Origin: Salpingoeca rosetta
Lineage: Eukaryota; Protista; Choanoflagellata
Direction: 5' to 3'
DNA length: 64,000 bases
Assembly (NCBI GenBank): GCA_033442325.1
Contig: JAWQFM010000007.1
Location: 892,719-956,718 of the forward strand
Shown: positions 1 to 32,258 of the stretch, one piece after another
Layout: every line of letters begins with the position of its first letter
Position numbering within the stretch: position 1 is the first letter of the stretch
Made by a program: the position numbers and the translations under genes
The notes under the pieces: model-generated
What the model was told of the DNA's origin: nothing
The model's input: only the letters and a program-made list of their open reading frames with translations
The model's database searches: none

Positions 1-68
1 CACACACACACGCACACACACACGCACACACACACGCACACACACACACGCACATCGCCTGGCTTACT

Positions 69-8582
<8,514 letters not shown>

Positions 8583-8959
8583 GCCGATTTTTGGTAAATG
8601 ATGTCCACAAATCGCCCAAACTTGCCACACAAGCCCTTGCTTGCTTCTGTTGGCGATGCTGTTTGTCCACACACACACACACACAAGCACACACACACAC
8701 ACACACTCTCTCTCTCTCTCCCCCTCTCTCTCTCTGTCGCCGTCTTTCTGTCGCCCCCTCTCGCTTTCGCCTCTCTCACTCTGTCTGCCACAGCATGTGG
8801 CTCATTGACAACGAAATGCAATGATGTTGTAATGTAATGTAACGTGATGTGACGCGACATGGACCGAAAGTGGAAGCAGTCGTGTTCATTGGTGCCTGCT
8901 CTGTGCGCGCGTGCCCATTACAGCAGTAATTGCAGCAACAATGGGGCATTGTTTGCGCG

Positions 8960-11319
8960 CTACGCAGCAGGCGGGGCCGACTTGAACGCCTTGATGGAGC
9001 GGATGTGAATGGTTTCCCGCACAGCGTCCAGGCAGCGGAAGCGAAGGGTGGAGGTGACCACGGGCTGCGCAAACGCATCCACAATGCGGTTGCCCACCGT
9101 CTCTCCGTGCACCGTCTGCGCCACCCACTGGTTGTTGACCAGGGCGTCGATGGCATACTTGGCAATGGTCTGCCCCGACATCAGGTCCTCCCGCGTCTCA
9201 ACCATATCCACAGTCGCCGCAGACTCTGATTCGGGCAAAAGCGAGAAGAGAGAGGGGCGAGGGAGAGGGAGGGCAGGGACGGAAGGGTGCATTTGATCAA
9301 AGACGGCGAAAGTGTGAACAAGAGGGGCTTTGTTCGCAAGAGGGATGCACACACACACACAGAGAGAGAAAAACACACTTACTCACACTCACACACGCAC
9401 GCATGCACGCATGCACGCACACAAGCACACATACACGCACACACACACACACACAGGCACACATACACGCACACACAAGCACACATACACGCACACACAA
9501 GCACACATACACGCACAGGAAAACGCACTCACTCATGCACGCACCGCACCATTCATGTGGACGACGATTGGATAGTCGCAGGTGACGGTGACATTCTCGA
9601 TGCTTCCGAGCGGAGATGAGAAGGTGGCGCGGACAGCGTCGCCAAACGCAGACACGACGCGCACATACTCATCAGGAATACGGCCTGACCGAAGCAAGGA
9701 AGCAACAACAAGTCAGCAGTGGTGTGTGAGAGGGGGTTGAGGTGTTGATTCTGATCACACACACACACACACACACAGACACAAATCCCAACACACAAAT
9801 CACAATGCCTGGGCACCTGTTGTGTCTGGTGGCAGGTTGAGGATGAAGTTTTCGCCGCGGCCGACAGTGAGCAGGTAGTGGTTCCACAGCGTGGTCGCGT
9901 TCCAGTACGCGTGATCTTTCTTCCAGAACCACGCATCGCCAGGGTTTTGGATGGTGGCGTCGGCCTCGCGTGGCAGGAAGAGCCGCCCAAATGGCCCAAA
10001 CCCAGAGTGCGTTGCGTTTGCGGCATTCCAGACTGGATAGTCGCCCACGCCCGTCTCACCGCCGCCGCTGTGGCTGACATCGGGGCCCGTGCCAATGAGC
10101 GTGTTGGGGGAGAGCTCGCGCACGAGTGAGGCGAACGTGTGCCACGCAGCAGGGAAGCAGGTCGGGTCGCTCTGGTTGCGACACGCAGGGCACTCGGACA
10201 GCCCGCCGCAGGCGTCGAGGTAGTGATCCCACCACAGACGCGAGATGAACCCGTACTTGGTGAGCACCTCGCGGATCATGCCCAGCTGCGCTGTCACAAA
10301 CTGCTCCGTCGTGTAGTTCAACACCTACACCCACGCATGCAGCAGCGGTGTGTGAGACGGCCATGGTGTGCGCGGTGTAAAAGTGGTCATGGTGGTCGTG
10401 GTGGTCGTGATGTGCATACTGTTCACAACGCAACGTATTGGACTACCCCGCCTTTTCCCACAGCACACGCACACACCTACACACATAAATATGTATATAT
10501 GCTCACAAACCCTCGTTTGCGCAAGATACCTGTGTAAAGTATCCGTTTGCGTTGGGACCGATGTAGAAGCAAGGACGCACGTCGTACTTGCGGCATGATT
10601 TGACAAACGCCTCCACAATGTCGTGTTTGTGTGGGCTCTGCATCACAGTGTAGTTGGAAAACTTGCTGGGCCAAAGGCAAAACCCGCCTGCAACCATCAA
10701 GCGTGTGTGTGAGTGTGTGTGTGTGTGAGTGTGTGTGTGTGTGTGTGCGTGAGTGTGTGTGTGTGTGTGTGTGTGCGTGAGTGTGTGTGTGTGTGCGTGT
10801 GAGTGTGTGTGAGTGTGTGCGTGAGTGTGTGTGTGTGTGTGTGTGAATGTGTGGGTGTGTGGGTGAATGTTTGTCGAACACAGTTTTGTATCGTCAAGGC
10901 CGGTGCCGGCGTTGTGCCTTAGTAGGCACAAGCAATGCACCTTCATGGTGTGCCTGCAAGCGCGCACGGGAACATGAATGAGGATGTCACAGTACGGGGT
11001 GAGGGGGCGAAGAGACCACAATATGCATCCTCGCGTTCTGCTGCACTGCGCTCATTCACAAAACACTGTATGCCCGGCTCAACGCACCGTGAGGCAGATT
11101 TCCCCTGCTCCCATCGCCTTTGCGGCTTGCACCCATCTGACAAGCAAGCGCACCAGCAACAACAGCAGGAGCAAACAAAGTGGGGTTGAGAGGCAGTACT
11201 GCACAGGCACATTGCAGCGAACAAAACTCATTTCATCAGCCAAAAATATGCACATTCACACGCACACGCACACACGCACACGCACACGCACACACACACA
11301 CACGCACACACGCACACCA

Positions 11320-11350
<31 letters not shown>

Positions 11351-11845
11351 CACATTCACACACACGCACACGCGCACACGCACTGGTCTGTTGCGGTGAT
11401 GCCGTGGGCGTCCGGGCCCATGTGTGTTGGGTTGAACAAGGACGGGGGCAAGCAGGAGCCGTCGACGCAGTCGTGTTCAATGTTGCCAAAGGTGGTGACG
11501 GAGAAGTGCATAAACTGGGTCAGCCCCATGTCCATGTACTCCTGCTGCCGCTTGGATGGCCTGGGGATGGTTGCGGGTGGCTCATAGCGATAGCCCGTAG
11601 TGACCTCGCCAGGTGGGAAAGAGCTCTTCTGCGCCTTTGGAATGCTGCTTTTCAATGCGCAGCACTTGTTTGGGCCACCAGGCGCGCGCGTGCAATACTT
11701 GACCTTTGTGTTGTAACTGAACGCCTGCGTGGGGATGTGAACGTGTGTGTGTATGTGTGTGTGCGGGTGTGTGTGTGTGTGTGTGTGTGTGCGTGGGGAT
11801 GTGAACGTGTGTGTGCGGGTGTGTGTGCGTGTGTGTGTGTGTGTG

Positions 11846-11901
<56 letters not shown>

Positions 11902-12272
11902 GGCCCGCACAAATACAACCACGCACTGCTTACGACACACGCACACACGCACTGTACACTCTGCACACACACACACACTGTACACACACTGCACACACAC
12001 TGCACACACACTGCACTCACCTGGCACAAGTTGTTGTTGCAGCACGCCCGAATGCAGTCCTGTAGCGTGGCGGAATCCGAAAGCGCCAGCCACTGGAAGT
12101 CTGCGCCGATTCGGGTGATGCTTGAAGGATCCACCGTTGTGTTCTTCTCGCACGTCGGCACTCCAACACCATTCAGGGCAGGCACAGCAGCATGCAGTGC
12201 CCCTGCACCACCGCACACCACCACCACCAGCTCAAGCGCTGCCAGGAACAGCAGCAGGGCTGCGTACTTCAT
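8960..12272 (-). CDS. Secreted alpha-L-fucosidase, family GH29, with N-terminal Cys-rich PAN/apple-like module and C-terminal beta-sandwich
   Basis: Signal peptide MKYAALLLFLAALELVVV. GH29 motifs: PSKRQQEYMDMGLTQFMHFSVTTF, DQWVQAAKAMGAGEICLTAHHEGGFCLWPS, DIVEAFVKSCRKY, LWWDH (nucleophile Asp region), WFW, TVGRGENFILNLPPDTTG, EDLMSGQTI...GETVGNRIV. GT-AG exons join in frame. Confidence 0.93.
10941..10953 (-). other. 13-nt microexon of the fucosidase (GCACACCATGAAG = A-H-H-E-G)
   Basis: Flanked by cttgcag| and |gtgcat. Joins EICLT (phase 0) to GGFCLWP (phase 1) and restores the conserved GH29 HH(D/E)G motif. Confidence 0.88.
11847..11901. repeat. (ATTG)n tetranucleotide microsatellite, intronic
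   Basis: gattgattgatt... run. Confidence 0.95.
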
Positions 12273-13642
12273 CTTTGCGTGTCGCTGTCGCCGTTTGTTG
12301 ACAATCGAAGAAAATTTGCGGTGTCGTGGCGGTGCGGAAGCAAGAAGGACCCTTATGGCCTTGCTCGTGTGGGGATGGAGTGCGCGTTCGTTGGCGAATT
12401 CCCAGCCATCAAGTCAAGCAAGCAACGCAGCAGAAACGAGCAGAAACGAGCGGAACACATGTGTCAGCGAAGGACAACACCCAGCGACACCGAAGCAATA
12501 CATGCCACGGTCCTCGAACCAACTCGGAAGCACTCAATTCGCGTCAGGTCACATCTCTCCACACAAACACACCTCACCTCGGCCACCCTGAGGTCCTTCA
12601 AGCAAGCAAGGAAACCAAGCAAGCAAGAAAGCAAGAAGGTATGTGACAAACACTTGACATGGATGGTACTGCTGCAACATTGCTGTACGCGCACTTACAC
12701 ACACAAGCGCACACATGCGCACACATGCGCGCACATGCACACACAACATTCAAAGTTTGATGGGTTTCTGGTGCGTGCAAGACCTTCTGCTGGACTTGTC
12801 CTGCCACCCTTTTCACGCACACATACGCACACAAGCGCCCCGCAATTTTATTTCTTCCTCTGCCTTGTTCATGCACACCCAGCACACACTCACGCACACT
12901 CACACACATTCACACACACTCACGCACACTCACGCACACTCACGCACACTCACACACACCCAGCATACACTCACACCCAGCACATACTCTTCTCCCGTCG
13001 GAGTGGCTGCAGCGGCATTGTCGTGCGTGACGAACCCTTGCGCTTCCGTCGAATCGCTGGTCACCTCCACCCACGCTTCCCACACGGCGCACGCTGCGTC
13101 GCGCCTTCACGCGTTGAAACCAGCCCTTAGCCACACGCTTGTGGGAGCCACCGCAGCCCCGCTTGCGCCAAGGGCAAGCAGCGAGCCAACCAGCCGCGCA
13201 CAGACGGCAGCAGACAGGCAGGCTTCGTGCCTGCGCCTGTGCAGCCCAATCAAACAGGCGATTTGCCAACCCCCTCCCCCTGCAGCCTCAGCAAGCAAAG
13301 CACGCAAGCACAGCGCGCGCACACGCACACCCAATGACGACGTGACAGCTTTCCCTTTGTTTTCCACTCACAAACCCCAACCAGAATCTACACGACCACC
13401 TGCTTTTCACGACAGCAACAATGCTGCAACCGTTACCTCATCAGTTACACCACCACCACCACTGCCAGCTGCAGGCTTTACAGCAACACGCATTCAACAA
13501 GCAGCAGCAGCAACACGCATTCAACAAGCAGCAGCAGCAGCAACACGCATTCAACAAGCAACAACAACAACAACAACAACACAGCAGGATACCAACAGCA
13601 CAGACAAGTATACGCAGCAGCATACGCAACAGCAGCAGCAGC

Positions 13643-25383
<11,741 letters not shown>

Positions 25384-25567
25384 GGAGAGCAGGTGATTGG
25401 GTGGCGGTGACAGGAATGGAATAGCCACCGCACCCGCACGAACAAGGGTGTACGCTATCTTGTTCTTCTGCCGTCTACAGTCTATGCTCCACTCATTACG
25501 CACACGCACTCACCCTCACATGTACACGCGCATTTACACGCGCATTTACACGCGCATTTACACGCGC

Positions 25568-25654
<87 letters not shown>

Positions 25655-26443
25655 TTAGGCCATCACCGTCTGCCGTCATTCGACCCGGACCTAAACGCTT
25701 TCCCTGTTCTTCACGAAGATCAAGATGAGCACGAGGCATCACCACCTCCACCACCGCCTCCCCCGCCCGCACCAGCGCCGTAAGTGTGCATTGCAGTCAA
25801 CGTGCCGGAGAAGTGGTGTACTGTTGAAGTTTTGTTGTGTTTGTGTTGCGGGTGCAGGCCGCCCCTCCCCGAATGTGTTTGTGTGCTACTATCTATGCAT
25901 GGTGCAAAGTCGATATGCTCTTTCCCGTTAAGTTGAGGTGCATGCACGCACGCTTGCCTGTTTTCTTCTTCGTTTTTGTATTGAATGTAAGCGACCAGCA
26001 AGTGAACTAGCTGATGACCAGTGTAAGTGTAAGCGATGTAGTGAAATTGCATTCCAACACCGTCGTGTTCTCTCCTATATAGCACTCACTGACTTGTTGA
26101 AGATGGTCGCGTGTTTACTGTGGACAAGCTTGATTCTTGTTTGCACTGGTATTGTGCTGGTACCAGGGTCATTACAGAACATGTCAGAAGCAAAACATAA
26201 ACAGGCAAAGCAAGCTGGTGAGATTGTACCACCCATTGACAGTTGCATGACGGACAGAAGGCAAGAACACGGGCGGTGGAGGGCCAGCAAAGCACTGGGA
26301 GCTGTACATAAAAGCTGGTTCATCATTGATGACATTGGTGTACGTGTATGTGCATGTGCATGTGCATGTGTACGTATGTGTCTGTGCATGTGCATGTGTA
26401 TGTATGTGTGTGCACGCTTGAGAAAGGCCCACGTGACCAGAGG

Positions 26444-27460
26444 TCATACGGCAGACACGCGCGGGCGTTCGGAGTTGGCGTGAAGCGACGTGGCACTGAG
26501 CTGCAAGCGTTGACTTGGTTTTGGTGACTTTGGAGATGATGGCGATGGGGCAGACACGCCTTGTGTCAAAGCATGCCCAGTACCCATGGTGCTGACGGTC
26601 CAGCCGCGGCCACGCTGCCGCCTTGAGCCCGCCTTGGCAGCCGCGTTGCGCTGCTGTGCCGGCGACCTCTGCTTATGATGTGGGTTGTGTTGTTGGTCGT
26701 GTTGTTGTCGTTGCTGTTGACGCGATTGTCCGTGTGTGTCGTGATCTGCTGGTGCGTGCTCTTGTTCGCTGAATCGCGCAAGTGTGTTGTTCTCTGCATC
26801 CACGACGCCAGTCTGCTCGCCACCACCACTGTTGTGGTCGTCGTCATGGTCCGAAACCTGCACGACGATGGGTGGTGTCTTTAACCTTGCTGGCCCCGAA
26901 GACGGTCGAGCACGGTTGCTGCTGCTGTTGACGCTGGTGCTGTCTCTGTGAACCACGCACTTGCCGAGGGCGCAGTGTTCGCATGCGCACGGCGCGTTCG
27001 TTTGTGCGGCACTCTGTTCGTGCCTGAGGCGTGAAGGCGTGTGCGGTGCGGTGAGTGGCGGGAACCGAACGCCGTCGGCCCTGTGCGACGGTGAGCACGA
27101 GCGAGGCGTCAAATCGACGACGCCAGGGTCCGCGTCGCCGTTTTCATCGAGCATCTCAAAGACGGGCTCCTCAATGATGGGCGGCAAGTGTGGCACGGAG
27201 TTGGCCTGTGAGTGCCACGTAAACGCCCGCTTTCGGCCCTTGCCCTTCTTGGATTTAGTTGGCTTTGCTTGTGTGATGTTGTAGTTGTGGACAAGATGCT
27301 GGGACTGGCGGGCCGGGGACGGGCTTGTGCTCGACGCTGCGCCAGACCGTGTTGCACCCCCCGAAGATGATGACGATGGAGATGAACTGACGGGGCGACC
27401 TTGTTGGATTTGTGACCTTAGCCGAAAGGCCATGTTTAGCACGCCCAAGTTCATGGCCAT
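26444..27460 (-). CDS. Intronless hypothetical disordered protein (~338 aa) with RxRxxT and LxxIxE motifs
   Basis: Long GC-rich ORF free of dinucleotide repeats, starting MAMNLGVLNM just after the (AACC)n/(AAC)n leader. Contains RKRAFTW and LPPIIEE. Confidence 0.65.
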   Translation of the reverse strand: MAMNLGVLNMAFRLRSQIQQGRPVSSSPSSSSSGGATRSGAASSTSPSPARQSQHLVHNYNITQAKPTKSKKGKGRKRAFTWHSQANSVPHLPPIIEEPVFEMLDENGDADPGVVDLTPRSCSPSHRADGVRFPPLTAPHTPSRLRHEQSAAQTNAPCACEHCALGKCVVHRDSTSVNSSSNRARPSSGPARLKTPPIVVQVSDHDDDHNSGGGEQTGVVDAENNTLARFSEQEHAPADHDTHGQSRQQQRQQHDQQHNPHHKQRSPAQQRNAAAKAGSRRQRGRGWTVSTMGTGHALTQGVSAPSPSSPKSPKPSQRLQLSATSLHANSERPRVSAV

Positions 27461-27514
27461 GGCGACGTGTGTTGGTTGGTTGGTTGGTTGGTTGGTTGGT
27501 TGGTTGGTTGGTTG

Positions 27515-27545
<31 letters not shown>

Positions 27546-27665
27546 GTTGTTTGGTGTGTGTGTTTATTGTGTTTGTCCGACCTTGATCGCAGGTTTCTTT
27601 GCAAGCAGGATGAAATGCCAATGGCTGAGCTGTAGCTACCACTCATGCGCTTGCTTGCTTGTTGC

Positions 27666-27697
<32 letters not shown>

Positions 27698-28369
27698 TCC
27701 CTCCTGGTTGTCGGGCCTAGAACTAGACCTTCCTACCTGACAGGCATTGTACGACGAGGCACCACTGGCGAAAATTCACACATATCTTCATCACAATTTG
27801 GTGTGTGTGTGTGTGTGTGGGTGGGTGATACACTGACGTGATGACATGACGACGTGTTGTGTGAGCTTCATTTACTTGACTGGGCTGTACCAGCTTCTTT
27901 CCTGCATCAACGTGAACCTAGTAAGGACGAAAGCAAACGAGAACAGAGCAGGCAAAGAGGTAGCGAGAGACCTAGGAGCAGCGACAAGCGCAACGGAAGG
28001 GCTTGGCACATGGTAACGCGTGCCAGCCACAACAACAATAGAACAAAACAGCAACAGTGCTGGTCAAACACGCATGTCTAAGGCAGGGGAGAAGGGCGGG
28101 GGAGGCATTTCCATTGACCAATCGAGAAGGTGCATCTCATCAATAACAAGTAGCAGTCGAACCTAGAAAAAAACGCATCTGCAACAGGGCCAAGAAAGGA
28201 CCTTTCGAAGACGAAGCAAGCAAGCGTGTCACAAACAGAGGAAAGAGGCAACAGGAAACTAGATGGAAGAGGAATTTGGGGGGGGGGGGCTCAAACGTGG
28301 GTGTTCTTGCTCCCGAACCCACACCAGCACCACCACCACCAGCAGCAGCAGCAGCACCATCAGCACACG

Positions 28370-30346
28370 TCACGGCTTGGAGGGGAGGGCAAACTCTGCC
28401 TCTGCGTCCTCCTCCAGGCAGGGTGAGAGCGGGGCTGTGCTGAGGTTGGTGTACCGGCGCCAGCGCCTCAGGCGGCCCGCGGCCGCACTGCTGCTGGTTG
28501 GCTGGTGCGACGGCGGCGACGGAGTCGTGGGTGTGGGCGGTTTTGGCGTCAGGGCTGGCGTCAGGGTTGGCGCCAGGGCTGGCGTGCCTGACGCGTCACT
28601 GGTATTGGTGGCACCAGTGCTGCCGCTGGTTGTGGCCGCGGTGTTGATGGCAGAGTCGTCCACGGTCGTGGCGCCGCGCGATGTCAACGACGAGGACGAC
28701 GACGACGTCAGTGCTGCTGCAGACTGGCTGTCGCCGAGCGGGTGCACGGGCCACGAGCTGTGGCGGGCGTGCCGCTGCCACACCGGGCGCGGCTGCAGCG
28801 CCCTCAGCCCCTGCACGGGCTTGGGCGTCGACTGACGGTAGCGGGGGACACCCGTCTTGAACGCAGGCCGCTTCATCAAATGCGGCAGCGTGGCATCGCC
28901 AAACCCGGTCTGCACGGGGTGCTGCTGCTGCTGAGCGTCCTCAAGGCGATCGTCGCAGTCATTGTCGCCGTCAACGTCGCCGTCATCGCCATCGCGGGCG
29001 TGGCTGCCAAACCCGTCTTCGTGAACGGCCTCATGCACACCAGCGGCGTTGGAGCCAGTTTGGGCTCCCATTGTCGCTGACTGCTTCTGGTGGTGCTGGT
29101 GGTGGCGCGCGGTTTGCTGCTCAGCGGCGACCTCGTTCAGCCTGGAGGCGAGCTCGCCAAAGCCAAACGCGGGTCCAAAGCCAAACGTCTCCTCGTCCTC
29201 GTCCTCGTCATCGTCGCACGGCGTCGCTGTCTCGTCTGTGCTGTACCCGCCGAGCATCTCGTGGGACCCGCCATCGGCGAGTGGCGGGAACGGGGCGTTG
29301 AGGAGGGAGGCAGATGGGGACGGCTGCACGCTGCTGGCGCGCTTGCTGTTGTTACCTGCACCCTGGCCACCGCCAATACCACCATCACCACCACCACTGC
29401 TTCTGCTGCTGCTACTATGCATCATGACGAGTGATGGCGACATGAGGGCGGCCCGCTGATCCTGCCGCCTCGATTGCCTGCTGGCACTGCTCCTGGCGCT
29501 GCTGGTGGCGCTTGTGGCTGCGGTTGCCGTCGTTGGCGTGTGCTCATCGCGGCACATGGAGCGCCCGCGGCTGCCGGGGCGGGACCCCTCGTGTTGCTGC
29601 TGCTGCTGCTGCACCATGAGCAGCGCCATGTCCGTTGATGCTGGCATGGCGCGGTCGTCGTCGTCGTCGTCGTCGTGGGCGTCCTCACCGTCGGCCTGTT
29701 CGAGGATGGCTGGGAGGGAGCACCGCCGCTGGGCTGGCGACGCAGACGGGGACGCAAACGGCAGCGCCCGCCTCCTCCTGCTCTGGCGTGTGCTGGAAAC
29801 AGCAGCGCCAGCGGCGACAGATCTGTTGGGGCAGCCACGCCCGCGCCCAAACACGTTGCGGCCGGCGGCGGGGATGGTGCTCACGCTGTAACTCGGGGAC
29901 GCAGACCTGCGGCGCGCGGTGCGCGGTGGTGCTGGCAGCGCCATGGAGGGCCGGTTGAGGGTGCTCAAGTCATCGTACGAACGGGCGGCGCCGATGTGTG
30001 GGGAGAAGTCGACGGTGCGTTTTGTTGTCGTGGAGGACGAGGACGATGATGATGTTGACGCATAATTTGACAGGGGCGATGGCGAGGGCAGCGAGGAGCA
30101 CGAAGCGGAGACGAGCTGCTTGCGGCGTTGGGCGTGTAATGAGGCGAGCTTGTCCTGTCGTTGTTGTTGTTGTTGCTTCTTCAGCTGTTTCTTGGCTTTT
30201 TGCTGTTGCACTTGGTAGCGCAGGACATAAGCGTGGGTGAGGACGTTGTCTGGGTCCACCTGCCTCTGTTGGAAGTTGTTGAAGCTGATGACGACGCGGT
30301 CGCGTGCGCGCTCATCGCAGGTGCGACTGCTGTTATGGCGTGCCAT
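28370..30346 (-). CDS. Intronless hypothetical disordered protein (~658 aa), S/Q/D/R-rich
   Basis: Uninterrupted ORF from MARHNSSRT with coding-like composition. Motifs RRRSASP, RRCSLPAILEQ, RHSSWP, RWRRYT, LSPCLEE. Confidence 0.7.
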   Translation of the reverse strand: MARHNSSRTCDERARDRVVISFNNFQQRQVDPDNVLTHAYVLRYQVQQQKAKKQLKKQQQQQRQDKLASLHAQRRKQLVSASCSSLPSPSPLSNYASTSSSSSSSTTTKRTVDFSPHIGAARSYDDLSTLNRPSMALPAPPRTARRRSASPSYSVSTIPAAGRNVFGRGRGCPNRSVAAGAAVSSTRQSRRRRALPFASPSASPAQRRCSLPAILEQADGEDAHDDDDDDDRAMPASTDMALLMVQQQQQQHEGSRPGSRGRSMCRDEHTPTTATAATSATSSARSSASRQSRRQDQRAALMSPSLVMMHSSSSRSSGGGDGGIGGGQGAGNNSKRASSVQPSPSASLLNAPFPPLADGGSHEMLGGYSTDETATPCDDDEDEDEETFGFGPAFGFGELASRLNEVAAEQQTARHHQHHQKQSATMGAQTGSNAAGVHEAVHEDGFGSHARDGDDGDVDGDNDCDDRLEDAQQQQHPVQTGFGDATLPHLMKRPAFKTGVPRYRQSTPKPVQGLRALQPRPVWQRHARHSSWPVHPLGDSQSAAALTSSSSSSLTSRGATTVDDSAINTAATTSGSTGATNTSDASGTPALAPTLTPALTPKPPTPTTPSPPSHQPTSSSAAAGRLRRWRRYTNLSTAPLSPCLEEDAEAEFALPSKP

Positions 30347-30629
30347 CACGGTACGCGAAGACGGAGAAGTGCGTGTGTGTGTGTGTGTTGTTGTTGGGAG
30401 GGGGGTGGGACAAGGACAAAGCGGGCGGAGGCCGAAGCGGGGGGAGGGAAGCTGAAGAGAGGTGGATTGAAAAAGCAGACACAGGAAACTGGTGTGGAGG
30501 AGAAAATGGACAGGTGGTGCAGTGCCAACTGAGGCGTGGTGGTGGTGTTGTAATGTAACACAACACAATGTATGCCAAAAAGCACACACACACACACGCG
30601 CGCGCGGGCGGGCAAGTCAGGACAGGACC

Positions 30630-30677
30630 AAGACTTGTTAACAAAGACTTGTCAACGAAGACTTGTCAACAAAGACT
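30630..30677. repeat. 14-bp direct repeat AAGACTTGTYAACR, about 3.4 copies, upstream of the 28370-30346 gene
   Basis: aagacttgttaaca-aagacttgtcaacg-aagacttgtcaaca-aagact. Confidence 0.9.
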
Positions 30678-32258
30678 GACCGAAGGCTCACGCCACAATG
30701 CAGCAAGAACAAGAAATGGATTGATGTAGATGCGAGTGAGAGAGAGAGAGCAGCAACAAGGTGAAGGTTGTCACTTGCAACGCCGTGTTCGGACTTTTGG
30801 TTGGTAGGTTGGCGAGATTGGTGAAAGATGGGAAGGGTGGGTGTGTTGGCTTGATATCCGGGTGATGAAACGGCGGTGCGAAATGAGTCACACGCACTCA
30901 TACACACGTGGTTGCTGAGGCTGGAGGGCGTGGAGGCAAAAAAAATGACACGCAGTGTCGTCAGTTATGCGACGAATGATGAAGAAGAAACGGGTGGTGG
31001 GCGGTAGCTGGAAACAAAAGGACACACACCCCGTCGCTGACAGGGAGAAAACGCGATGCAGACAATGGATGGATGGATTGGGGAACCAAGACCAGCCGGT
31101 GCTTGTGAGACCGCCACTCAAGGACAGCGTGGTTGAGGTGGGTGGGGCGTGGTGGTGGTACTGCCAGCCAGCCAGCCAGTTAGCTTGCTTGCTTGCTTGC
31201 TGGTGCTGCCGTGGGTCGGGCAGCGGTCCTCCTCCTCAAGACAAACAAAGAGAGCAAAAGCTTTGGCTTCTTGCTTCTTGCTTGCTTGCTTGTTCGTTGC
31301 TTTTGCGATGCTCACCGCGTCTTGTTGTAGGCTCGGCAACGTGCGGGGTGGGTTGGACGCAATGAATGGTTGTGCTTGGGCGCGTGGACACACTCGCACA
31401 TGTCGTGTGTGATATGAGTGGACACATGCGCGTGGGAATTGTGCGTGGCCAGACGAGGCACGACGACGACGACGACGCACGCAAGCAAGCAAAGCAAGAA
31501 GGAAAGGCGAAGAGAAAAGCGGAAAGAGAGGGAAAGGGGGGCGGTGTCGAACTCCAATGTTGTGTTGGAGGGGTGGCGAAGGTAGGTGTCGCGTTGTGTG
31601 ATGCTGGTGCTTCCTTTTGCCCCAGAATCGCCACGATTTGGAACGCCCTTGCAACAACAATCAGCGTTCTCTCAACACCGGACACACACGCACACGCAAC
31701 GTGCTAAAGGCAAAAATGACTTTGGGTAGTCCAAGTCAAGATTACCCTTCTTGTGGTCGTACCAGCTACTGTTTGTGCTGTTTATTTATCGAAGCCTGTC
31801 TTTCGACAATTTTCCGCAAGGCACAAAAAAAAACGACGACACAGACAGCAGACAGCAGCAACGAACAACCCTCGCACACACAAACAAGCAAGAAGCAAGA
31901 GAAGCAACACAAGCAAGAGGCAAGACAAGCAACGAATCGGCTGACACCAAGCAGAGCAGCAGAGAAGAGTAAGTGCATCATCGACGCGCGAGGGAGACGG
32001 GGAGAGAACAGAGTGTGCACAAGTGAACGAACAGCTCGCGGACAAAGAGAGAAGGAGAGAGAGAGAGAGACAGAGTGAGAGAGTGTGTGTGAGAACGTGC
32101 AATGAGGGAGTGAGAAAGCAACAACGTAGACACCGCAGTCGCCACTAGCAATTCACACAAACTCATCAGTTCACACACATCAACACGCACACACACATAC
32201 ACCGACCCACCACTAGCAGCAGCAGAACAAGAAGAAGAAGAGGAAGCTCTACTTCAAC

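Noticed and set aside
25780-26440. Low-repeat segment with short ORFs as a gene or mobile element
   Set aside because: No recognisable domain, terminal repeats or target-site duplication. It is most simply the 3' region between convergent genes.
30630-30677. Direct repeats as a CRISPR array
   Set aside because: The 14-bp units are contiguous with no spacers, there are no cas genes, and the context is eukaryotic.
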